Part shown: one piece after another, positions 18,900 to 27,910 of the stretch
Numbering within the stretch: position 1 is the first letter of the stretch
Layout: every line of letters starts with the position of its first letter
From: Candidatus Nomurabacteria bacterium
GTDB lineage: Bacteria > Patescibacteriota > Minisyncoccia > Phycocordibacterales > UBA918
DNA length: 64,000 nt
Reading direction: 5' to 3'
Assembly (NCBI GenBank): GCA_020632095.1
Contig: JACKGF010000001.1
Span: 733,366 to 797,365, forward strand
The notes under the pieces: model-generated
What the model saw: only the letters and a program-made list of their open reading frames with translations
Told to the model about the DNA's origin: nothing
Databases searched by the model: none
Translations under genes and position numbers: made by a program

Positions 18900-20150
18900 A
18901 ACATTTTTTGTTCTCCAAAATGGCCCCGTTGCCAAACTCCACTTTCCACTCTAGCCCTCTCAACCAAAACACTCTCCACTGAATTTTAATTCAGTGGAGA
19001 GTGTTTTGGTTATAATTATGTCTCTTTTTCTTTGTCCAGACCCAGGACTCCCTCGTTCAAGTAGTTTGTGGTATATGAACCAAAGCTTTCTTCAAATTAT
19101 GAACCATCGCCTGCATAAACCCTTGCATCGTCACTTTAGCGTGTCCGCGGTAGCGAGCACGTTTGTTTAACTTGGAAAATACATTCTCAAACGGCATGCG
19201 AGTTTTTGACCGCCAGGAGTTAAGGTCCCTGTCTCGGTCTTTTCGATTATCTTTCTGAATGGTAGCGACGTGACAACCCTGAGCGGTCACCACCTGATTA
19301 GTGAAGTTGGTATCATAGAGCTTATCCATAAAGACCGCTCCTTGTTTCGGTAGGATACTTCTCACAGTCTTGAAATCAGGCACACTGGCATTGGTGACCG
19401 CTGACTTGACGATTAACCCATGACGCATGTCGACAGACAGATGTCGCTTGTGACCAAACCAAATCTTATTCTTAGACTTTGCTCCCCACTTAGCATCACT
19501 GTCAGCTGCGTACTTCTGCACATTGCTGTTGTTCAGCTTCTTTTCTCCATCAGCTAACGCTTTATCTCGCTCTTCCCACAGGGCGGCTTTAGTGATGATG
19601 GTAGAAGCATCAATGAAGGTGAAGACGTTACCAAAGAGACCGTGGGTTTCTAGGGTAGCGTTAATATCTTGAAACATGGTAGCGATGCGTTTGGTGCCAA
19701 TCCGCTTTCTGAGTTTAGAGAAGTATGAAAAGTCTGGAGTGGGGTCAGTTAGACCAAAACCACAGAACCAGCGGACGGCCAGGTTCTCGCGGAGAGCTTT
19801 CTCCATGTTACGGTCACTATAGTCTTCCCAGAACTGGATTAACAAAGCTTTGATGCCTTTCTCAACGTCAATGCCAGCTGCTCCCATAGTGGAATAGGTA
19901 GCGCGCATTGGTTCAGCTAGCGTATTGAAATCAATGATGTCGTTGATGCGTTTGAAGGGGTGGTTCGGAGTAATGATGAGAGCGAAGACTTCAGCTTCGG
20001 TGGAAAGGTTTAACTTAGTGGTTGGGTCGGCTGGAGTCTGCATAATATGGCTAGGATTAAGGGTTAATTGACCATATTATAACATTTTTTGAGGGGGATT
20101 ATTGGTTAGAGGGTGGGGATGATTGGCAACAGGGCCAAAATATCTCCAAC
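18900..20150 (-). mobile_element. IS5-family insertion sequence (~1.25 kb, single transposase); boundaries approximate
   Basis: Imperfect terminal inverted repeats TGGCCCCGTTGCCAAACTCC...CCCTCTCAACCAA (18921-18970) and their reverse complement at 20100-20150. An internal perfect 22-bp-arm palindrome lies at 18964-19009. Single DDE transposase ORF. Elevated GC. Confidence 0.7.
19057..20043 (-). CDS. IS5-family DDE transposase
   Basis: 328 aa. WEDYSDRNMEKALRENLAVRWFCGF N-terminal region and DDE_Tnp_1-like core (FIDASTI..., HGLIV). Size matches IS5-group transposases. Confidence 0.8.
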   Translation of the reverse strand: MQTPADPTTKLNLSTEAEVFALIITPNHPFKRINDIIDFNTLAEPMRATYSTMGAAGIDVEKGIKALLIQFWEDYSDRNMEKALRENLAVRWFCGFGLTDPTPDFSYFSKLRKRIGTKRIATMFQDINATLETHGLFGNVFTFIDASTIITKAALWEERDKALADGEKKLNNSNVQKYAADSDAKWGAKSKNKIWFGHKRHLSVDMRHGLIVKSAVTNASVPDFKTVRSILPKQGAVFMDKLYDTNFTNQVVTAQGCHVATIQKDNRKDRDRDLNSWRSKTRMPFENVFSKLNKRARYRGHAKVTMQGFMQAMVHNLKKALVHIPQTT

Positions 20151-20306
20151 CCTCTAATCAACTAGTTCTTTAGAGCCTGTCAAAAAACTCCCCAAATACG
20201 TCCGCTATTATTACTCACATAATAAGCTTTGTCAAGCCTAGAGCTTCCTCCTCCTTGTTTGTATTTATACAGAAAAGCCCCGACATATTTCATGTCGAGG
20301 CTGGTT

Positions 20307-22148
20307 TTAAGGACGGAAACCTTGAGCGTCAGCCATCTCTCTAAAAAGCGCTTCAGCTTGGTACAGTTCCCATAGTGAAGAATGAACGGTCACCTGCGAC
20401 ACATCATCGCCACATTCTTCCAAGGGTCGCACAAACACAATTCGGTCCATACGAGCTACTGTCGAAAGACGATGTGCCACCATAAGCATGGTCGTTCCTG
20501 CAGGTAGATTATCCTGCAAATGCTCCATCACCGTCAGCTCAGACAATGAGTCAAGTGAGGCGGTTGGTTCATCCGCTAGAATTAGTCTCGGCCTATCTAT
20601 ACTCAAGTTTAGTTTCAAGTGCGCGGCGGCAATCTGGAGTCGTTGTTGTTGACCACCAGAAAGCTTGAGCCCTTTATACCCAATACTCGTATGGATACCC
20701 TCTGGAAAACGACTAACATCTAACCCAGCTTTACCGAGCGCCTCATGTGCCAGTTTGCAGATTTCTGACTGCTTTGAAACCGACAATTCATCATACGGAA
20801 ATGGTAAATCGAGATGTGATACACCAAAGAGCAAATTACCGAGAACAGAGTCCTCAAACGGTTCACTCTTTTGCATTATGACACCGTAGTACCGCAGTAG
20901 TGATTCTAGTTTCAGTTCACATAAGTTTTCTCCACTTATAATCACCCTACCTGCTAATGGGTCGGTCGCCCGCATTAGTAGACTCAAAAGCTGAGACTTG
21001 CCTGCCCCACTAGGGCCAACAACACCGACTTTCTCACCAGCGTGAATTTGCAGATTGACGTCTCGCAAGATAAGTCTTCTGTCGACATCTTCTCCCACCT
21101 CATGAGACACTCTATCAAACTTAATTGAAATATCCTCTCCGGTGAAGTCGGTACCAACGTCATAAGAAAATGGCACTGGTTGCGAAAACACGCGGCGATA
21201 CTTGGCGATACTTGCCATATTGAATTGCACATCTCGCTGTTGGTCATTGAGATCCCCGAGAGTAGTACGTATCCTCTCAAACGAAAAGAAAACTAACACG
21301 GCCACAGCGATGCTGATTACTTCAGTAAAAACCAAGTAACCGACCAGACCGTACAAAGAAGCAGCAAACACCAAACTACGTAAGCGGTGTTTAACAATTG
21401 CCTGAGCAAAATAAACCCGCCAGATTGCATCATCACCCTTAAGAGCTTCTTGCACTTCTCCTTTAATTTGGCTTAGTACTTTGGTTTCAACACCTTGATT
21501 TTTCACATGGTCGGTGTTGCGCCACCACTCCTGCATTCGTCTATCCCAACGTTTGAACAGGTCAATCACTGGGCGTATTTCCCGATGAACATATTGGTTT
21601 ACTTTTATACCGATATGATGCTCAATCAAGATATACAACAGAACAATCAGACCAAGCCATGTATTTGCGTAAACACACGCAATCAGACCAAAGACCACTG
21701 AACCCCAGCCAGGAATGATTTGGAAGATACAACTTCCGGTCACACTCCAGACTTTTTCCCTTAAACTCTCGACACCGCCGCCGTCAATTTCAGAGGCACC
21801 GCCGGAAAGAAAAGACAGTGGTCGTTGGTAATACAGACGAGTAATAGATTGTGGCATATGCCAAAAATCTTCCTGAAAGAAGTACTCACGAACCTGTTGT
21901 TTCCACCAACTAAGAGCCACGTTACTAAGCTCTAAACATAAAAACAACAAACCTCCCACCAAAAGCGCATCATACACTTGAGTAGTGAGGCCATCAATAA
22001 ACAAACCAATGGCATAAGGTACAGCTATTAGTAAAGCCGACCCTAACAAAACCCGGAACAAAGCCTGCTTAGCTAGTGATCGCGAACGTTCGTTCATAAG
22101 CTCATAAAAAATGAAGCTTAAGTTTTTATCAAGTTTAAAAATAGACAT
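20307..22148 (-). CDS. ABC exporter, fused permease plus ATP-binding protein
   Basis: N-terminal 6-TM domain. C-terminal NBD with Walker A GPSGAGKSQ, signature LSGGQQQRLQIA, Walker B LILADEPTASLD. Confidence 0.8.
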   Translation of the reverse strand: MSIFKLDKNLSFIFYELMNERSRSLAKQALFRVLLGSALLIAVPYAIGLFIDGLTTQVYDALLVGGLLFLCLELSNVALSWWKQQVREYFFQEDFWHMPQSITRLYYQRPLSFLSGGASEIDGGGVESLREKVWSVTGSCIFQIIPGWGSVVFGLIACVYANTWLGLIVLLYILIEHHIGIKVNQYVHREIRPVIDLFKRWDRRMQEWWRNTDHVKNQGVETKVLSQIKGEVQEALKGDDAIWRVYFAQAIVKHRLRSLVFAASLYGLVGYLVFTEVISIAVAVLVFFSFERIRTTLGDLNDQQRDVQFNMASIAKYRRVFSQPVPFSYDVGTDFTGEDISIKFDRVSHEVGEDVDRRLILRDVNLQIHAGEKVGVVGPSGAGKSQLLSLLMRATDPLAGRVIISGENLCELKLESLLRYYGVIMQKSEPFEDSVLGNLLFGVSHLDLPFPYDELSVSKQSEICKLAHEALGKAGLDVSRFPEGIHTSIGYKGLKLSGGQQQRLQIAAAHLKLNLSIDRPRLILADEPTASLDSLSELTVMEHLQDNLPAGTTMLMVAHRLSTVARMDRIVFVRPLEECGDDVSQVTVHSSLWELYQAEALFREMADAQGFRP

Positions 22149-22205
22149 CTCATCCTCCTGAATAAATTGTAAAAGAGCTCGCGGACCATTCCGCCAAAAG
22201 AACTA

Positions 22206-22235
22206 AAAACATCTTGCGCTAAGGCAAGATGTTTT
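22206..22235 (-). terminator. Hairpin plus T-run in the 5' leader of the ABC exporter (terminator/attenuator candidate)
   Basis: Minus strand reads aaaacatcttgcc-ttag-cgcaagatgtttttag, ~60 nt upstream of the AGGAGG-ATG of the exporter. Confidence 0.35.
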
Positions 22236-22467
22236 GATTTCACAAAGTAAATAAAGAGATTTACGAATTCATAACATATTGCCTATACATATAGACTGAG
22301 CCACACAGGAAAACCCACCCACATATGGTGTTTTTCGGACGGACGCCCCAGAAATATCTGACAGCTTCCACATGTTTGATTCAGTTGTATTTGCAATATG
22401 TCGCATTTCTATACATTAACACTATAATTAGTATTGTCAATCCAAAAACCTTTCCCCTAGTTCACCA

Positions 22468-22500
22468 TAAAAACACCACTCTTTGGGGAGTGGTGTTTTT
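22468..22500 (-). terminator. Rho-independent terminator of rpsT
   Basis: Minus strand: aaaaacaccactcc-ccaaag-agtggtgttttt. Confidence 0.65.
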
Positions 22501-22507
22501 ACTTCTA

Positions 22508-22771
22508 CTACTTAACTGATTTTACTTTAGCGGTTAGTCGTGACTTCTTGCGACTAGCGGTGTTGTCTTTGATAACTCCACGCTTCGCTGCCTTGTCGAT
22601 CGCTTTGTAGGCTTTTGGTAATAATTCTTTAGCTTTTGCGGCGTCGCCACCAGCTACCGCTTTCTGAACGTCTTTAACAACCTCCTTCATAGCGGTTTTA
22701 CGACGAATATTGAATACTCGCTTTTTTTCTGCTTGTCGATTGGCTTTTTCAGCTCCTTTTGTAATTGGCAT
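22508..22771 (-). CDS. rpsT: 30S ribosomal protein S20
   Basis: MPITKGAEKANRQAEKKRVFNIRRKTAMKE...RKKSRLTAKV is the canonical S20 sequence. Confidence 0.85.
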   Translation of the reverse strand: MPITKGAEKANRQAEKKRVFNIRRKTAMKEVVKDVQKAVAGGDAAKAKELLPKAYKAIDKAAKRGVIKDNTASRKKSRLTAKVKSVK

Positions 22772-22866
22772 AATGTCTAAAATATAGTGCGGATACTGTA
22801 CCCCAGTAGTCTTAAAAAGGCAAGTGTTTCCGGTTCGTGTTACCTTTAGTACAATACACTACATAT

Positions 22867-23442
22867 ATGATACGCACACTAAACGGGACTATCAGCGACT
22901 TAGGTGAAGGCTGGATAATTATGGAGGTAAATGATATTGGCTACTTGGTTCACTGTCCGACTGCCACCACGACATTTACTCTCGGAGAAAAACTTACCTT
23001 ACATACTTACTTGGCAGTGCGAGAAACTGCTTTGGATTTATATGGTTTCACCTCTAAGTCGGAATTAGAAGTATTTGAACTTCTTCTCAATGTACCGAAG
23101 ATTGGCCCTAAGTCCGCTTTGCAAATCACCAACCAAGCCAGCCCCACCCTACTAGTTGAAGCTATTAGCAAAAATGACGGGGCTTACTTACACAAGTTAT
23201 CTGGCATTGGCAAAAAAACTTGCGATAACATCGTGCAGTTCCTCCAAAACAAAATTGAACACTTACCTGAAGTGGCTGGCGGAACAAACCAATCCATGAC
23301 CGACGTCCAGACCGACGCCATGGACGCCCTCATCTCACTTGGTTACGACGCCAACACGGCCAGAGAAACCATTTCCAAACTATCAGCCGACAACTCAACC
23401 GTGAACTCTCTAGTTACTCAGGCCCTTAAACAAATTAAGTAA
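22867..23442 (+). CDS. ruvA: Holliday junction DNA helicase subunit RuvA
   Basis: MIRTLNGTI...IIMEVNDIGYLVHCP (OB domain), HhH motifs LLNVPKIGPKSALQI and LSGIGKKT, C-terminal domain III. Start at the ATG at 22867. Confidence 0.85.
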   Translation: MIRTLNGTISDLGEGWIIMEVNDIGYLVHCPTATTTFTLGEKLTLHTYLAVRETALDLYGFTSKSELEVFELLLNVPKIGPKSALQITNQASPTLLVEAISKNDGAYLHKLSGIGKKTCDNIVQFLQNKIEHLPEVAGGTNQSMTDVQTDAMDALISLGYDANTARETISKLSADNSTVNSLVTQALKQIK

Positions 23443-23511
23443 CCATTAACAAACAACATTTCATTGGGACAGTCACGTGCGGTGGCTGGGCAAGCGTCGT
23501 ATACTTAGGTC

Positions 23512-24786
23512 ATGGAAAATATTAGAGAACACTTAAAACGATTGATCCCGAAACGAATTTACGGCTTTTTTCAACCTTATTATCATTACTTATTGGCCTA
23601 CTGGGGGGCAATTAAATATCGCCATCCTTCTCGTGAAATCACCGTCATAGGTGTTACCGGTACCAAGGGAAAATCATCAACCACTGAATTACTTGCTCGA
23701 ATCCTACGTAGCGATGGTAAAAAAGTAGCCTCGCTTTCTACTATTCAATTTTCGATTGACGGGCACACCGAGCCAAACATGTTTAAGATGACGATGCCGG
23801 GTAGATTTTTTATTCAGAAATTTTTACGTGACGCTGTTACCGCCGGCTGTTCGCACGCCGTTATAGAAATGTCTTCGGAAGGAGCGCGTCAACACCGTCA
23901 CCGCTTTATTGATATGGACGGTCTAATTTTCACCAACCTCACTCCAGAACATATAGAATCTCATGGCTCATTTGAAAAATACAAGCAAGCAAAACTTTCA
24001 TTAGCTGTGGCGGTAGCCCAATCGCCCAAACGACCACGCTACCTCGTATCCAATACTGACGACGAACATGGCGCTGACTTTTTAAATTTCAAAGTTGAAC
24101 ATAATATTCCATACTCACTAAAAGATTTAACCCTCTACTCCCTACTCAAAGACAGTATCAGTCTGGTTTTTGACTCAGTCACCATCCGAGTACCGATTGT
24201 CGGTCTGTTTAACGTATACAACACCCTAGCTGCTATCACCATGGCGCGAGCACTTGGAGTATCGCTCACCACGATTCAAAACAGCCTCCGAGACCTACCC
24301 CCTATTAAAGGAAGAGTGGAACACTTCAACTCCCCAGAAGGTTCAACCAAGCGAATAACCGCTATCGTAGACTATGCCCACACCCCAGACTCACTCAAGC
24401 AACTTTACGAAGCTTTCCCTAATAAACACAAAGTATGTATTCTTGGTAACACTGGTGGTGGACGCGATACTTGGAAACGCCCAGAGATGGGTGCGATAGC
24501 TGAGACCTATTGTGACCAGATAATTCTCACCAATGAGGATCCTTACGATGAGGATCCTGAGAAAATAATTGCTGACATGAAAAAAGGCATGAGTGATAAG
24601 GCGTTGGTAGAAATTATTTTAGATAGACGCTCCGCTATTGCTCACGCAATAAAAATCTGTCCGCTGGAGGGTTATGTAATTATTTCTGGTAAAGGCACTG
24701 ACCCATACATCATGGGACCCAACAACACTAAGACAGCGTGGAGTGATGCTGAGACAGTACAGGAATTATTGAAACAAATTAGTTAA
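23512..24786 (+). CDS. Mur ligase family protein (MurE/MurF-like)
   Basis: VIGVTGTKGKSSTTELLARIL ATP-binding loop, HAVIEMSSEG, DYAHTPDSL motif. 424 aa, shorter than canonical MurE. Confidence 0.6.
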   Translation: MENIREHLKRLIPKRIYGFFQPYYHYLLAYWGAIKYRHPSREITVIGVTGTKGKSSTTELLARILRSDGKKVASLSTIQFSIDGHTEPNMFKMTMPGRFFIQKFLRDAVTAGCSHAVIEMSSEGARQHRHRFIDMDGLIFTNLTPEHIESHGSFEKYKQAKLSLAVAVAQSPKRPRYLVSNTDDEHGADFLNFKVEHNIPYSLKDLTLYSLLKDSISLVFDSVTIRVPIVGLFNVYNTLAAITMARALGVSLTTIQNSLRDLPPIKGRVEHFNSPEGSTKRITAIVDYAHTPDSLKQLYEAFPNKHKVCILGNTGGGRDTWKRPEMGAIAETYCDQIILTNEDPYDEDPEKIIADMKKGMSDKALVEIILDRRSAIAHAIKICPLEGYVIISGKGTDPYIMGPNNTKTAWSDAETVQELLKQIS

Positions 24787-24799
24787 TACCAACTACGCA

Positions 24800-24844
24800 G
24801 TAACGGTAAACCGCCAGTCCTTTGAACTGGCGGTTTACCGTTAC
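24800..24844. terminator. 19-bp-arm perfect hairpin between convergent Mur ligase and lnt genes
   Basis: gtaacggtaaaccgccagt-cctttga-actggcggtttaccgttac. Confidence 0.5.
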
Positions 24845-26352
24845 TTTGGAATATCAACTCGTTTCACTTTCCACCTATCCCCTTCCTCTACCACAGTCAA
24901 AGATTTAACTTCTCCCTTTGGGGTGTAAACCTTGCCCTCCGCGTGACTCCCTGCACTGACAATATATTTATTATTCCAAACTGCCTGTATTTTAAGCATC
25001 GTGTCTAATTCATGCCAAAGTATTTTTGATTCATGAAACCAGCCGTGAGAAATTGGGTGAGCAACGAACGGCAGGTTAGGACGTTCTTTTAGGAGCGTCC
25101 AAACTCCAGTTGGAGCAACACTCTCAAAACAAAACAAAATCCCTGGTACGTTTTCCGACAAGCTAGATTGGTCTGTATTTGGGCCAACCTGATACGATTC
25201 GCCACGAGATACTTGGTCGATCACATCTCCATAACCGATCAATCGCAATAAACCAGACAAAAAGTAAGAGAGGAATTCACCTTGCGGCACCAAGTATCTC
25301 TTATGAACCTGTTCTATTTTATTCTTTCCCCCAGTGTAGATGAAAGTCTGTAAAAAAGTATTATCCCCTGTATCCACTCGACCACTATCAACAATCACGG
25401 CTGTGGGATTGTGGTATTGAAATTGAAAAAAAGCTTTCACTGCCGCTGGATTGGACCTTTGAGCAAAAAACCGCGCGTCCTCTGGTAACAAAATATAATC
25501 CGGTTCCTCTGTTAGGGCAGCTGTCATCGCTTCACTTAATTCATCCGACATCATAGCTGCGCCACCTTTATCTCGTAAGATATGAGCGGGAAAATTAGTA
25601 TCAATTGTTACCACTTTGTAACCCTCAGCCACCTCTACTGTTTTATTTAAAATTGGTAGATTAGCGGAAACTGACAACAGGATAATAAAAACTAATAACA
25701 CATAGTGATATTGTTGAGTGATAAATTTGGTTAATTTCAATAGACTGATTGCTAACAAAATAAACCCAAAACTCAAACTATAAACACCAGCCATTTTCGC
25801 CACCAACATAAACCATTGATGTTCAGCCAACAAGTATCCACTATAGCCAAAACTAAGAGAGCTATTAATAGTGCCCCCTGGCCCTAAAGCTACAATAGAA
25901 AAAACAATCGAACCAACCACCTCCCCCATCACCCAAGCACTTGGTATCGATAATCCCCAAAAAAAATACTTTGATTTAACTAAGTTTTGTCCATACTGCC
26001 AAGCTAGCACCACCACTATACCGCCCGCCCCTAGACACAAGGAAGCAATCAACCAATATCCGCCAATCAACAACAACTGAACTTTACCTATCTCGACCGG
26101 CAACCAATCAATTGGGTAAGTTGACCAAAACCAGACTGAGGCGAAAGCGGTCTTAATAGTCCAAGCTAACCACGCTCCTAAATAACGAGTTTTTAATGTC
26201 TGGGTTTGTTTTAATAAATATATAAAATAAGCTCCCCCAACAATTCCTAGTACCCAAAGTATTGGAAAAACGAAACCAATTCCGAGTAGAACTCCAGTCA
26301 CAAACCACTGTCCCAAAATACTCTTACTAAACCAATCCATGATACAAAACAA
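24841..26352 (-). CDS. lnt: Apolipoprotein N-acyltransferase
   Basis: N-terminal multi-TM domain followed by a CN-hydrolase domain (…LLPEDARFF…, …LFCFESV…) with the catalytic Cys context. Confidence 0.65.
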   Translation of the reverse strand: MFCIMDWFSKSILGQWFVTGVLLGIGFVFPILWVLGIVGGAYFIYLLKQTQTLKTRYLGAWLAWTIKTAFASVWFWSTYPIDWLPVEIGKVQLLLIGGYWLIASLCLGAGGIVVVLAWQYGQNLVKSKYFFWGLSIPSAWVMGEVVGSIVFSIVALGPGGTINSSLSFGYSGYLLAEHQWFMLVAKMAGVYSLSFGFILLAISLLKLTKFITQQYHYVLLVFIILLSVSANLPILNKTVEVAEGYKVVTIDTNFPAHILRDKGGAAMMSDELSEAMTAALTEEPDYILLPEDARFFAQRSNPAAVKAFFQFQYHNPTAVIVDSGRVDTGDNTFLQTFIYTGGKNKIEQVHKRYLVPQGEFLSYFLSGLLRLIGYGDVIDQVSRGESYQVGPNTDQSSLSENVPGILFCFESVAPTGVWTLLKERPNLPFVAHPISHGWFHESKILWHELDTMLKIQAVWNNKYIVSAGSHAEGKVYTPKGEVKSLTVVEEGDRWKVKRVDIPK

Positions 26353-26788
26353 TTCCCGCGGTCACCGAAACATTAAGTGACTCTTTCTTACCCAACATCG
26401 GAATATCTACAATGGTATCAACAATTTTCAATGTTTCTGCGTCTACCCCACCGACCTCGTTACCAACTATATAAGCAACTTTATCTGGGACAACAAATTC
26501 TTTCAATGTCACAGATTCTGGACACTGCTCAACCGCCACCACTATCACCCCTTCAGCTTGTAGTTTTTTAACTAAATCAGTTGTTTCCGATAAGTGTTCC
26601 CATCCAATCTCCTCACTAGCTCCGAGGGAAGTTTTTGTAATCTCTGCCTGCGCTCGCCCAAATCGATCAACCGGAGTTGGCGTGTACCCAATCAGAAATA
26701 TTTTCTCAACCCCTGTCGCGTCGGCAGTACGAAACATAGCCCCCACATTATAAGCGCTCCGTATATTTTCTAGAATTAGATACTTCAT
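26327..26788 (-). CDS. SpoU-family tRNA/rRNA 2'-O-methyltransferase (TrmL/TrmH-like)
   Basis: LENIRSAYNVGAMFRTADATG ... YIVGNEVGGV ... NVSVTAGIVLY are SPOUT motifs. Confidence 0.75.
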   Translation of the reverse strand: MKYLILENIRSAYNVGAMFRTADATGVEKIFLIGYTPTPVDRFGRAQAEITKTSLGASEEIGWEHLSETTDLVKKLQAEGVIVVAVEQCPESVTLKEFVVPDKVAYIVGNEVGGVDAETLKIVDTIVDIPMLGKKESLNVSVTAGIVLYHGLV

Positions 26789-26959
26789 CCCTGACAGAGT
26801 ACCAAAAGTAAGCCCTAATGACTACTTGGATTGATAAATTAAAAGCCCACGAATCATCATCCCAGACCTTGCACATAAAAAAACGAAATGATAGTGTAAT
26901 AAATGAGCCAGAAGCAACGGCTCACAAGTGCGCAAGCGATAGTTGCGTAAGTTGATAAA

Positions 26960-27165
26960 CGCGCTCACAGGAGAAGAAACTATGAGCAAACACGACGGCC
27001 AAGGGTCCCCGCCCCTGGCCACCCCGACCCTCACGTCCACCACCACCCTTCGTATGGTGCCCTCCGTCGCCCGGACGTGACAAATCAAGGTTCCTGCTTC
27101 GTGCAGGCGTTCATAGACACCTAGCTGACAGGTTAGTCAGCACCCGCCAACAAGCGGGTTTTTCA
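26960..27165 (+). other. GC-rich structured island (~65% GC) ending in an intrinsic terminator; possible ncRNA
   Basis: ggccaagggtccccgcccctggcc...; hairpins cctgcttcgtgcagg and ctgacaggttagtcag; terminator cccgccaacaagcggg plus ttttt (27143-27163). Contains a 32-codon Pro/Thr-rich ORF (26982-27080) that is probably not a real protein-coding gene. Confidence 0.4.
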
Positions 27166-27174
27166 TTACCTTGA

Positions 27175-27202
27175 TTGATTTTATATTCCCTCGTGTTATA
27201 GT
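27175..27202 (+). promoter_or_regulatory. Putative sigma70-type promoter for tRNA-Lys
   Basis: TTGATT (27175-27180), 16 nt spacer, extended -10 TGtTATAGT (27194-27202), ~28 nt upstream of the tRNA. Confidence 0.4.
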
Positions 27203-27230
27203 TTTCCCACTTTGCAATTGCAAATAACAT

Positions 27231-27303
27231 CCGCCCATAGCTCAGACGGTAGAGCAGCAGCCTTTTAAGCTGATGGTCCCAGGTTCGATCCCTGGTGGGC
27301 GGA
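27231..27303 (+). tRNA. tRNA-Lys (anticodon TTT)
   Basis: CCGCCCA TA GCTC AGACGGTA GAGC A GCAGC CTTTTAA GCTGA TGGTC CCAGG TTCGATC CCTGG TGGGCGG A. 7/7 acceptor pairs. Confidence 0.85.
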
Positions 27304-27910
27304 CTCGAGCAAAAAACAAAAACCACGCACCTGCGTGGTTTTTGTTTTTTAGCAAGCAAACTGCTTTGCTTGCGGGCTCGAGTCCGAGGCGGAGCCATAT
27401 TTTTCTGCCCTTAACCTAGGCAGAAAAATAGGTGAGCCGGGGTCGAGAGTACTTACTAGAATTTGAGCAAAGCGAAAAATTATAGTTAGTAACTCGTGAC
27501 GACTAGCCAACCCAAACTGCTTTGCTGGCGGCAGTTGTCCGAACCGCAAGCATGTTTATTGCCCCCTCCTAGGGCAATAAACAGCTGAGGTGGGGTAGCG
27601 AACACTTAGTAGATTTAGCACGAAGTGCATAAATATACTTAGTGATTCGTGACGACTAGCTACCCCAACTGCTTTGCTGGCGGCTCGAGTCCGAGGCGGA
27701 GCATTGTGAGGAGCGCGCCTCCTGGCGCGACGAACTGTGAGCCGGGTGAGTCAGTCTGGGAGACTGACGCAAGGCCTTGCCAGCTACTTTCTGGAGGAAC
27801 GAACAGAAATAGCGACAAGGTGTACAGAATTCGTATAATTAGAAAGCATTTAGTAGATTGTGAGCAGAGCGAAACAGTATACTTAGTGATTCGTGACGAC
27901 ATTATAAAAC
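27304..27910 (+). repeat. Degenerate tandem array (~3 units of ~150 bp) with unit-specific GC-rich hairpins
   Basis: Recurring blocks: aactgctttgct(t/g)g(c)gg(gctcgagtccgaggcggagc) at ~27355, 27515, 27668; ...cttagtgattcgtgacgac(tagc) at ~27488, 27641, 27883; ...gagcaaagcgaaa... Hairpins ttctgcccttaacctaggcagaa and ttattgccccctcctagggcaataa. The first unit carries the same 9-bp hairpin as 4070-4091. Confidence 0.7.
27317..27350 (+). terminator. Rho-independent terminator after tRNA-Lys
   Basis: aaaaaccacgcac-ctgcgtggtttttgtttttt. Confidence 0.7.

Noticed and set aside
26822-27088. 88-aa minus-strand ORF and the 32-codon plus-strand ORF (26982..27080) in the GC-rich island
   Set aside because: Both are Pro/Arg/Thr-rich translations of GC-rich, hairpin-forming sequence. 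The region is better explained as non-coding structured DNA or RNA, and is kept as a finding rather than as CDSs.
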